This document shows positions 17,106 to 29,490 of a DNA stretch of 64,000 nt, piece after piece. Numbering within the stretch: the stretch's first letter is position 1; the number at the start of each line of letters is the position of its first letter. Under the pieces are notes generated by a model, which was not told the origin of the DNA, made no database searches, and saw nothing but the letters and a program-made list of their open reading frames with translations. Source of the DNA: the human T2T-CHM13v2.0 reference genome, Homo sapiens; the NCBI RefSeq assembly GCF_009914755.1, contig NC_060937.1. One strand, 5' to 3'. The translations under genes and the position numbers were made by a program.

Positions 17106-19189
17106 GGTTATTTAATATTATTTAAATGATTTTTAATAAATATATTTACAAGATTTATTACATACTTTGCTACCTTTTTCAAATGGACTGATGATAATTT
17201 AACCTTTCTTTCATTACTAATGGTCATTATTTCAAAAGCAATTATTATGCTGTAATAAAGTATTCTCTCCAAGGACTAAAGCGCCGTGTTAGCCTGTTTG
17301 CTCCCATCCAGAAAGACCTTGCTGCAATTATTCAAGTTCTTGTTTTAATAATAATTTTGACGTTTTCTTTGCTGGCTGCCACTTTTTTACCCTCAGTGCC
17401 CCTACAGATAAAGGGAGTTTCCTAATTTGGGAAGGGAATTGGCAGATGAGAATCTCAGGAGGTATTCAGCATCTATAAACTGGTAAAGCAAAATCAGTAG
17501 ATCTATTTTCTTTCAGTAACAAAATCTACAGAAAGAGAAGTGCTACAAAATTTTGTGACTATTGGGCATCCATAAAAATCTACTGAGAAGACATTTTGGG
17601 GAACCCAAGTTATAAAAATAACGATTGAGAAATATTCCTATCACTTATTTTTCTTTGCATTTTTATTTGCTATTCTCTACTTACGTGGTTAGAAAATTAT
17701 ATTCACAAAGAACATAACAAATATATCCAAGCCAAGAGTTAAAATGCTTTGAAAGACGGAGGATCTTGAGTCCTTTCCTATAAGTAACATAGAGTACATG
17801 TAATGTAGACAACATATTTTGTATCATATGCAGTGTCTGTGTGGGAGGTGACCTCATGGGCTACTTTCCAGTACAAGCACAGTATTCCTCATTCTTTGTG
17901 TGCCCTCCATTCTCTACTCTCATTATTTACTCTTTTCCTGGTCTGAAACACTCCTACCTACTTTGAGTACCAAAGCTTTACGCTTCTCCAACTTTCGCCT
18001 CAAATGCCACCTACTCTCCCCTTCTTATAATGTAAGACTTCCTCCAGAGTCTAGTTCATGTTCTCTGGAGATTTACAACCTAGGCCTCTAGAAGGTTTCC
18101 TCTGTTTAAAAGGTCTCTGTGTTTACAGAGGACTGATTCACAGCATTCACGTCTGACAAAGGCCACACCGGAGATGATTAGGGGGAGCCCTTGGATTTAG
18201 CACAGAAGAGACAAAAAAGCAATCAAGAAATTGAAAATGCCTTCTAAACACAGAACACTGGAAACAATTCAGACAAAGCTATTTTAGATTCGTGCTGCGG
18301 TTTACTTAATACGTTTTTAAGATCAGAGAACTGAGGAGGAAAACCAAATCTTTGTTTTATGGATGCAACAAATGGGCCCACCATGCTAAATACATCATTT
18401 ATTCTTTCTCACAGAGAGATATTTAACTCTGTGGTACAAATAAAAGTAGCAAAGTAGCATTTCCCTTCTACTTAAGGTTTGTTAAAGGAAATTTATGCTT
18501 TTAAAATGCTCTACAAACACCAAAAACTGATTGTACCATTATCAGCTTTTAAATCAAAACAGCTTGCTATCTGCTAAGGACAGGAAAAATGGTCGATTTA
18601 TTTCATAAAACTTTATGTACAAAGAGACACTGCCTATGAACTTAATGGAGAGAATATAGAGTCTGGAGAGGTAATTTTTATTACAATTTATAGTGGGATT
18701 ACCCATACTCCACAGTTTTCAGATTTTATGGCATCATGATGCTGATGCAGTTAACTGCAGTGGGGTAGGAGGCATAATTTGTTTCGCCCTGAGTGGGAAA
18801 TGAAATTGGCGTTACTATTATATAAGAAACTTAGCAGATTCTATTAATTGCCTGGATCCAATCAAAGCTATTAGTTATCCTAGTTTCACAGGTAAAATAT
18901 TTTACCTGAGAGTAAAAGAATAAATAAGAACTGACTACAATTTTCATACAGCAATATCTACGTATTAAGACTGTTTGGAAGCCCAAAGAATATTTCTTAC
19001 CCACAGGAGTTCATCTCCAGAAACTACTAAAACCTAAATCACATCAAGTATCTATAAGGTACCACCAAACATTATTCTCTAATATTAAGTGCTACAAAAT
19101 AAAACAACTAGGGAAACAGCAGAAACAATGTATTCAAGAACACCAGGCGACTACAGATTGACATACCACAGCAACAGCTTGGGGGATGG

Positions 19190-19810
19190 TATTCACTCAT
19201 TCTGCACTTAAGAGTGTTTATTGTGTGCCAGATGTTGGATAAGGCAGTAAGGCAATGAGAAAAGATGATGTGTGTGTGTTTGTGGGGGTGGTGGTGGTAT
19301 ATGAATTGCCTTACAATTTGGTATGTACTGTTTCAGAAAAGAAGGCATTTGAGCCAGATCTTTTGTCAGAGAAAGAAAAGGCTTCCCTTTGCTTTCTACA
19401 TGGATAAAGGTAGAATGTCACCTGAAGGGCCACGCAACATGGCTGGGACGTGAGATGTATTTGGTGGAATGGCAACAGACTGAGAGGGAGGGGTAGTATG
19501 TGAGGTAGATGTGAGGACGTGCGGAGGCTTGCTGGTTACATGTTATGTTTTGGCAGCCTCCTATTTCACCATGGGAAGGTTTATTCTACTGTCAGGGTTC
19601 AGACTGCACGTCTACACTGGCCACACAGCATTCCTAAGCATCTCACACAAAACACTGTTCCTGCAGTGTTTCCCACATTAATGCATTCATTTCTTCATCC
19701 ATCTCTTCAGTAAATATTTATTGAGCATTTACTAGTGTCAAACACGATGTTGGGGAAATATTAGCTAATGAGGCTTAAATGGTACTTTCATGGAGCTTAA
19801 ATTGTAGTGT
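19190..19810 (-). mobile_element. L2 fragments (two tails)
   Basis: attcactcattc...tattgtgtgccag and cattcatt...taaatatttattgagcatttact. Confidence 0.55.
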
Positions 19811-20148
19811 AGAATTCGGGGAGAACACCTCCTCCCCCCACCACAACCTCTTTATTTTAGAAATGAGCATTTATAACAATATAAACCACATTATATAAGC
19901 ACCACAGTTCTCAGCAGAGGAGCTTATTCTTACTATACGTTACCCAAGTCCTGCTATATCTTTCTCTCCCCAAAGAACTGAGAAACCCATATACCTAGCA
20001 AAGAATTACCCTTCTTCTAATTCTACCATGCTCCTACTGAACTCCTAAGACCCTAGTATTTGAAAAGGCAGTTTATCTGATGAATTCTCCAAGGGCTATT
20101 CCTAGTTCTCTCAGTTTTACTAAGTTTTCCTACATTCTGTTTTCCTGA

Positions 20149-20503
<355 letters not shown>

Positions 20504-21024
20504 CATTTTAATTTTATTTTCTCTCTCTGACATTCTAGGGCACTGGTATCCTTGCTCAGTGGGTTCACCTCTCAGCAAAACTTCCTAGTAGCACACAAGT
20601 TGCCATATATACGCTTCCATTTAGCCAACAAACCTAATCCATAGTTTTAAAAAACACTAAGCACAGATACACAGAATGCAGCATTTTTATTTCCACTGAA
20701 TAGAGTCACATGCAAATGTATAGGATGGGAAGTGGGATAAGCGGGTAGAAGTTAAACCTTTTTTTTTTTTTTGGCCCAAATCAAATATAGTCCTAAAAAA
20801 TTTTCATACTCTCGAAGTCTAAAAACAAAGTAGATAACTTAGGTCTCGAATTCAGGTTTGAGTTTTACTTAAAAGGGTCATATTCACCACACTGTCTTGC
20901 AACACTAAACTAGCTGGGAAAATCCGGGGGCATGGAAGAAAAAATAATTAGGGGCATGGTAGAAAAAATAACTAGATTACCTAGAGTTCTCGTGTCTTTC
21001 AGTTCATGTCATTTTAAAATTCTG

Positions 21025-21037
21025 CCACTAGATGGCA
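21025..21037 (+). promoter_or_regulatory. Candidate CTCF site
   Basis: CCACTAGATGGCA matches the CCASYAGRKGGCR core. Motif match only. Confidence 0.4.
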
Positions 21038-21114
21038 ATAAAAAGACTGTCCTTTTCATTACAGGTCTCATGGTTCCATATTACATGACTTCTGGAAAAG
21101 GTGATTTGGTTGAT

Positions 21115-21320
21115 ATGAAAGAGAAAAATCAAGACTCAGAAAAAGGTAGAATGGTGAGGAGTGGAGGGAGACAGAGAAAAACAACTGAGAAAAGGAAGAA
21201 GACAGAAAAATGGAGGGAAGGTGAGAGAAAAAAGGTGTTAGAACTGAGGGGGTTACTTTGAAAGGGAGGTGCAGAAAGGGCAAGGAAAAGGGAAGGGGCT
21301 GAGTGAAAGCAAGGAGAGAT
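21115..21320. repeat. Purine (GA)-rich low-complexity tract
   Basis: Predominantly G/A on the + strand. Confidence 0.6.
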
Positions 21321-24300
21321 GCAGTGGGGTCTCTCTGAAACTTTTTGGACAGGAACCACAGTAAGAAATACGTATTTCAGCATGACCAGTATATATACAC
21401 ACCCCCTGCCCGCAGTACCACATTTGCATATATGTAAACAAGTTAATGAACAAAAGTTTCATGGAATAATATTTATTTGGGTGACACTCTCAGATACTTT
21501 TCAACCTACTCCATTCTATTTCATTTCTTTAAAATCACTCATTGTGAGCTACTAAACTGATATCCAAACAGAAATGACCCCCAGTGTGATAATCATTTTA
21601 GTCTACTGTAAACTAGAGCTGGCTTTTAAAAAGAATTTCTCTTTTAAGTGCCACAGCTAGGACTGGGAGATATTCCTGGCTTTGTAAATTGCCCATAAAA
21701 CATTTGTTGAATAAATGAACTAATTATTAAAAGAAAAAAAAAAAGGTGAAGCTGCTTGGTCTTGAAAAACACATACAATTGGCCAATGATCAAAGTAGCA
21801 TTTCCCCTACATAAAGGTGGCTGGAGAAAGAATTGAGTATGTGATTATCACCCAGTAAATTGGTAGCTCTTTTTTATTTATTGGATAGAAAGACAAATAT
21901 CAATTAGTTGTTTTCTAAAGAATACAAAGCAGAATACCCAGTTAATCAAATTTCCCCATTAACAAAGGAAAACAGGCAGAGTGAAAGAGCTGAGAAAATA
22001 GTAACATAGTCTGGAACAGAAAAAGAATTATTAAGGGAGTAAGAAAAAAACAGGGAACAGAAACCACAGCCACAGAGTTGTAAATTATTAAAAAGCCAAT
22101 TTAAAACCGTGCTGGTAATGATTCTAAGACTAAGTTTCCCTCTTGAATCTCATATTCTTCCTTCTTTCATTTGTTCCTACTAATGAAAAGGTGTTTACTT
22201 ACTAAATATGTTTTCACATATGTATGTATTTCTTACAGTGAGTATAGATGCCAAAATAATTCTACAAATACTTGCAATCTACTATGTAGAATAAGAATTC
22301 CCTTGTAGCATAACAGCACTTGTACTATATGAAATCAGAAGCATATTTAATAAGAACATAATTCCAGGATAGAAAAAATTAGTTTTTTTTAAATAGAACT
22401 ATTCACAAGGGAAATAAAAGATATTACACATCAAAATCCAATATGTAACATTCAATGTACTAAATATTATCAGAGAAAACTTTTCAGGTTTGGTGAAAAA
22501 GTAAATATGTAGATTACATTAGAATACTTTACCAGTAAAATGTAATTTAATCATAGAAGTATTTCTTTAAACACAAACTAGGTCTTTTTATTATAGGAGA
22601 AACTTGACCTAATAAATAAAATAGTGTGCCAGGTTACCTTATTCGGTAGTACCTAATATCACCTTACAATGAAATGAAAACAAAGCCCATTTTTTAAACA
22701 TCTTCTTGCTTTAGCTGCTTTACCTAACAAATGGATTTGACTGTCCTGTTTATCTTCACTTCCTTAAGTAACATCTACCTTTTAAAATGATCCGTCCTGG
22801 GTATCCATACCTTCTCCTCTTCCTCCTCTTTTCTCCTTTAAACTTTTATTTACTATTTAATGCAGGGAGGTGGGAGGAGCTAATTAAACTCATTTCTGGG
22901 CATTTTACAGTCTATGAGGAGCTTAGAGTTTTCTCCTTTCTGCTAGCTCTCTTAGAACAATACAGACAGCTTCTGTCTCCTCCCTGCGCCAGTTATTATC
23001 ATCGAATCTTAGAACTATCCTAGTCTATGCCAGATGAAGCAGCGAAATCGACAGATTGTAGGCATTTCAGATAAACAAGAGCGTAAGAAGCCAATTTTTT
23101 GATGGAATCTATTCAACCTCTTGTGCATGCCCAGAAGTGAAAAAATGCAGATAAGTTTCTACCATGTTGAAAATCAGGTAAAAATAAACCACAAATCACC
23201 AATGTATCTGTAGGAAAAAAAAGGGTTCTGAACTCACAGTGAAAATTCAATATTTCATAAACATGGGCTGCCTGCCTTTCTCTCACTATTTAACAAGCTC
23301 CTATCTTTGTTTTGCCATAAGAGTGAAACACTCAAGTCTTATCAAAGCCTATATTTAATAAACATAAACCAAATAACAGCAATATTCCAGTCCCATTTCC
23401 CAATAAACAACATTAAAAAAGTAAAGACCATAAGTAACTTGCTAGTTTGTCGATAAAAATCAAATTCTAAATTGAAGAATTAACCTATGGCTAGTAGTCA
23501 CCATACTTAAGAGTAAACAGAATCAATTCATCAAGGGAAGCAAAGATAACTTCACACATAATCACAGGTCAGCTATCTAGGACTATTCTGTCATATGGAT
23601 GGGTGACGCCAGGATTCCACCAAATGGTGAACAAAAGAGGACAGTCACATGTAAGGTAGACAGAAGCGAGTCTGTGACATGAACGAAATCTCTAGCAACT
23701 GAGTACAGGAAGGATTCATGACCTGAAACAAAGACACCAACAAGTGAGAACGCTGGCGACAGAAGAAAATTAGTGAAACAAAGAGATCTGAAATGGGAAG
23801 TTCCATGGGAATAAACGCCAGTTGCATCAACGGGACAGAACCTAGGTCACAATGCGCAATGAGTTTTGCAGCAATCTCTGTGATGACTGTATTTTCTTTC
23901 ACAAATATAACCAGCATGAGACTAAAAATACACTTGTGGCTTCTTTCTATAGGCTGCTGAGAAAAGCAACAGCCTGTAGGAAGAAAATGGGGTGTATTTC
24001 AAATTAGTCTACAGCCACATCCCTTTGAAACTCCTGAATGGATGCTATGAAAATAACATATTTTTGGAGGATTCTTCACCGTGTGTCTGTGTCTAAATAT
24101 AGTAAGAAAGCAACATTCTTTAAAAGAAGAAGACCAAAGAAATTGCACACCCAAATTGGATTAGTTTCTTAACAGCAGTATCAACATGTTCTACTCAGGT
24201 ATTTTGGGAAAAGTACTTCATACTCAAGGATCTAAACACATGATTATTTTAATAAGAAATAATGCATTTGGACCTATAATAAGTTATTTTTTCAAGTATG

Positions 24301-24785
24301 ACACCATTTCAATAAAAGTCTTAATGTAATAAATATGTTTTGCTAAATGCTGATAGACTCTGCGCTGCTGGTGTTAAATTTGCATGAAAGAAAATGTGGG
24401 ATGGTAGGAAACCAGAGCTGGGCTCTTTTTCTTCAAGCAATCTATTTTATTACCGTCATCTGGACATTTGATTGCTTTTGTGTGGCTAAGGAAAAGACAG
24501 AAATGTAGCAAAAGGGGAGAAATAGCAGAGCATCTACATAAGTTAATAAAGAACAAAAGGATAGTGGTTAGGAAAGAAAATTGGGCAAAGTAAAATACCC
24601 ACCTGGCTGCACCAGGCTTCTGCAGGCCCTGATGGTTTGAAAGCCACTGATCAATCACATCCTTGCTCAAGTCTCACTCCCAGGCATCAAGGTTACCATC
24701 AAGGTTACTGGCTCAGGTATAGAAGAGAGGAGATGCGTCCTTTTGTTTTTTTCTCCCCAGATCTTTATTTGGCTATGACATTAAC

Positions 24786-25095
24786 TTTTTTTTTTTTTTT
24801 TTAAGATGGGATTTGGCTCTGTCACCCAGGCTGGAGTGCAGTGGTGTGATCTCAGCTCACTGCAACCTCTATCTCCTGGGCTCAAGTGATCCTCCCATCT
24901 CAGGCTCCTAAGTACCTGGGACCACAGGTGCTTACCACCATACCTGGTTATTTTTTTTTTTTTTTTTGTATTTTTGGTAGAGACAAGGTTTCACCATGTT
25001 TCCCAGGCTCATCTCGAGCTCCTGAGCTCAAGCAATCTGCCTTCATTGGCCTCCCAAAGTGCTGGGAATACGGGCATGAGCCACCACACCTGTCT
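24786..25095 (-). mobile_element. AluJ
   Basis: J diagnostics (gggctcaagtgatcctccc). TSD tgacatta. Confidence 0.93.
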
Positions 25096-25569
25096 GACAT
25101 TACCTTCTATGTATCTTGAATTTCTAAAATGTAATACCTATTAATGTTTAAATGTAAAAAAATGCCTTTAAAGGACAAAGTAATAATTTGGGACTCATGG
25201 TTTATTTTCAGTTATCCTGCACATTCCACTAAACAATGAAGAAAAAATGTTGATCTTATAATTTCTGGTATCATTTTTATAATTATCAATGGAACTCAAA
25301 TTTTACTTTTATTTTTACTTGTTTGCTAATAATCCAGTAAAGAGTTGAAAATGGACAATCCTAAACAGGAAGAATTATAGAAGCAAAGTCCTTAATTGCA
25401 CGTTATTGCTTATATTGTACTGTGAACACACCTGCATCTTGCAGTAATTAATCTGAATTCTAAAGTCTATTTATTATGTTGACAAAATTGTTAGGAAAAA
25501 GATACATAATGGAAAATGAAAGGAACTACAAAAAACAGAAGATAATGATGTAGGATTATTCCTGATGGC

Positions 25570-26905
25570 ATATAAACTTGCTATACTATCTCCTTCTTTT
25601 AAAACCCCTCCCTTGAGAACCTAATGCCTCTCCAGCTCTCATTCCATTTCTCTACAACTCTTTAAAGCAAAACTACTCCAAAGAACTATCGAGACTTTCA
25701 GTCTCCTCTTCCTCACCTCTCATCTGAACACCAACTTACTTCAGGCAGTCTTTTGTCCCCACCATTCCACTGACACACTGCAGGTCAGTGTCAACGATGA
25801 ACACTCCCTCGCCAAATGCACAATTCTCGGTCCTCATTTTATTTGGTCCCTGAGCAGCATTTGATACCATTGACAAGCTGCTCTTGAAAACACGCTCCAC
25901 CTGCATTCTCTTTAACATTACTCCACTTTCCTCATGAACAGATGAGTTTCCATGCTGACTCTTGCATCCCTCTTCACTTTCTAACCTCACAATGCTCAGG
26001 TGTCCAGTCGTCCATGCTTCTCCTTCTCCATTTGGCTCTCCTGAGATGATCCCTAGTGGTACCCAAATTTTATTTCTCCAAATCTGTCTCCTCTTTCCTC
26101 TGAGTTCCAGGCTCGCCCACCCAACTCCCATCTCAAGCTCTATTAAAATGTGGAACAGGCATATCAAATTTAACACGTCCCAAAGGGAATTCCTCTCTCA
26201 ACCCCACTGTGCTCATCTTAGTAGAGAACAATAGGTCAGCCAAAAACCTAGAAGTCACCCTCACTTCCTCTCCTTCCCTCATATCCCACCATCCGACCCA
26301 TACTGCAATAGTCCCCTTTACTAGTTCTTCCTAGTTCTGCTCCTTCCCCATATTCTTTACAGCATGCAGTGGTTCAACGATTTTTGTAAAAGGTAAAACG
26401 GATCATGTCACCCTCCTGTTCATTCTGAACCCAGTGGCTTCCCAACATATTTAAAACAAAACCAAAGACTGTACAGCATTGCCTTGAGAACCTACCAGAT
26501 CCTTCATTTACCCTCCCCTTCCCTCCCCCTACTTAAGCCTCTCTAGTTCCACCAGCCTCCTAGCAGCTCCTCCTCACAAAGGCCATACTCACTCATGCCT
26601 CAGAGTCTTTGAACCTGCAGCTCTCTCTTTTTGCAAAGGTCTTCCACAGCTATTACTGACACAGCTTACTTCTCAGAGAGGCCTTCCTTGATTATACCTA
26701 AAGCTGTGCCCCTCTCCCATTAACTTTCCAACTCCCTTATCATGCCTTATTTGTCTTCATAGCACTTGTAGCATCTGATACACATGAACTGTCACTGCTA
26801 CTAGAATGTAAGGTCCCTGACAGTAGGGACTTGCTCATTTTGGGACACCAATTCCTAGAAATGTGGTTGGTATAAGGTAAATGCACACTGCATATCGGAA
26901 GGAAG
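25570..26905 (+). mobile_element. L2 (about 1.3 kb, ORF2 end through tail)
   Basis: cagcatttgatacc...ctcttgaaaacac, gatcatgtcaccctcctg, ctagaatgtaaggtccctgacagtagggac. Confidence 0.85.
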
Positions 26906-26991
26906 GAGAATCCTAAACGCGCCTGCTCTTCCATCAAGGCAATAATGAACCAAGAATAACTTTGCCTGAGATCTGTCTTGACCCTCTATGC

Positions 26992-27213
26992 CAGGGGTGT
27001 CCAGTCTTTTGGCTTCCCTGGGCCACAACGGAAGAAGAAAAATTAACTTGGGCCACACATAAAATACACTAACACTAAGGATAGCTGATGAGTTTTAAAA
27101 AATTGCAAAAAAAGTCTCATAATGTTTTAAGAAAGTTTACAAATTTGTGTTGGGCCTTATTCAAAGCAGTCCCGGGTTGCATACAGCCCACAGCTGCGGG
27201 TTGGGCAAGCTTG
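26992..27213 (+). mobile_element. MER30 hAT-Charlie MITE, full length
   Basis: caggggtgtccagtcttttggcttccctgggccac...gggttgggcaagcttg with 8-bp TSD ctctatgc/ctcaatgc. Confidence 0.92.
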
Positions 27214-27370
27214 CTCAATGCTTTCCTTCTATTAAATATTGGTGAAAGCTAATGAGTGTCTCCCAGGAAATGTGCCACAAACTTACCCAAAAAGGACTTA
27301 AATTCCTTTGTGAGGTCAAATAATTCCTTTAGGGTTCGGTTTATAAATATCATGTCTTAGATTGCACAGT

Positions 27371-27446
27371 ATAGGCTGGTGCAAGAGTAAATGCAGTTTA
27401 TGCCATTCCGTTGACAAAAACCGCAATTACTTTTGCACCAACGTAA
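27371..27446. mobile_element. MADE1 (Hsmar1-derived MITE)
   Basis: taggctggtgcaagagtaaatgcagtttatgcc...gacaaaaaccgcaattacttttgcaccaacgtaa, palindromic TIR pair flanked by TA. Confidence 0.93.
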
Positions 27447-27529
27447 TAACAAAACTCTCCTCTCTATGTGGGAACCCCGCACCTCCCAGTACCACCACTG
27501 TGGGGGGGCTAACTGCTACTTGTCCTTAT

Positions 27530-28220
27530 GTATCAAGTGGAAAAATGTCTTCCTTGGGAGGCGTTTCCTGACATCCTCCCTCTCATAGCTCAATTCTAAA
27601 TTATGTTTGTTTACTATACCTTCTAGGACATCATTCCATTTTTCTTCATATCACATATTATATCCAAGGCCCAGTAGAGATGTCGGGGTGTTCTGTGCTA
27701 GCTGACAACCTGCCATTGCTTTAGATCACTATTCTTTGCACACTTGGAAAGGCTGAGGTTCTAGCCTCACTAGAAGGCATTTTCACACTTCTCAGGAAGG
27801 AGTTTTAAAAAAATCTTTTCATGCCATTCTGTCCTTAGTCAAGCATCCCTTGCAGAAGTTTCACCCCACCCCTTCCCAAACCCTCACCACTCCATGAGCA
27901 TCACAGTAAATACATGTCTTCCTAGAACATGACATCCTACATGAAAATACTTTGGTCAAATACAGCTTTCTCTATTTGCGATTATAATTAAACTCATTCC
28001 ACTGGGCAACTCCCTGGCTGGTCTATTTTAGTCCAACTCTGTCCACAATTATCAGTTATTTGTTTCTATGATTATTTCGTGGAAAGTCAGTAGCTCTCAT
28101 TAGACTGTAAGCACTATGAGACAGAAACAACATCTGCTTTGCCCAACACTGTATCTTTGGTGTCAATAAAATGCCTGATAATGATAGATGCACAATAGAC
28201 AGCTGAAAGGACAAATGGTT
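27530..28220 (+). mobile_element. L2 tail split by an unassigned insert (about 27661-28045)
   Basis: tccttgggaggcgtttcctgac...ttcatatcacatatta | caattatc...ttagactgtaagcactatgagacag. Confidence 0.5.
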
Positions 28221-28982
28221 CAACTGACAGGACATGTGAGCTTAGACGGATATGCGCATTCACAGTCCTTCACGTAATGTGACATGTAGGGTAACCTATT
28301 TCTCTATCAGAGACCAGATACGTTATACCAACTTTAAAAGTAGCCAGTACAATCATCTACATTTATGCATTACACTTTGTATTTTTATTATTAGCATTTT
28401 GAAAATCCAACTTCCCTATCGTATTTTCCTTTGCTCGTGCATACCAGAAATACACATCCGAAGTAGGAAGGGAAATGGGGGCTCCCTTTATTCTCTCAGC
28501 CTTCACTACTGGCTCACCGCCCAGCTGCATATATGCTAAACAAAGAACGAGGAATTACTGAAATGCCCTTTCCTTTATTCATTCTGTGAGGTAGGCAGGC
28601 TTCTTCCACTAGACAGTTTTACTATTACCTAATTAATCAGTTAAGCAATAAAAAAGTATAAAATGCTATAGCAACATTTGTAGAATATGGTGATTATAAA
28701 AACTTAGTATAAACTAATAAAAATAGAAAATATGGGATGTCCTCAAATAATTTCTCATACTAAACTCTCATCCCTTATAATTTGTTATTGTAAAAACTTT
28801 GAGAAGCAGTTCCATACCAATGTCTTGAGGTAGTTTTTCTGTTTAAAATTCAACAAGTTTTTGTTCCTCCATACTTGTTTTTATAAAAAAGAGAAAAGGT
28901 TTTTGAATATTATTGATTTTGGTATTTTTTGGGAGAGATAATAAGTAATTTCAATCATTTATTGATAATTGATGGATGCTAG

Positions 28983-29298
<316 letters not shown>

Positions 29299-29299
29299 T

Positions 29300-29490
29300 A
29301 TACATTATGTTCCTAATCTTCCCAATAATCTTCTAGGCTAGATCATGTTATTATCCCTATTTTATCACTAATAAAAATGAAGATTAGTGAGATTAAATAA
29401 CTTTCCCATTTACATAGGTATAAGTGACAGAGCTAGGGTTCTAATTCATACATCCTTGATCCCAAATCTCATATTCCTAATGACCATAGC
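29300..29490 (-). mobile_element. MIR
   Basis: ttattatccctatttta...gagattaaataactttccc...taagtgacagagctaggg. Confidence 0.6.

Noticed and set aside
17393-17408. Possible CTCF site (tctgtaggggcact on minus)
   Set aside because: One G short of the core spacing.
21380-21600. Possible old DNA-transposon fragment, also MER5-like text at 36190-36310
   Set aside because: Too degraded to assign by eye.
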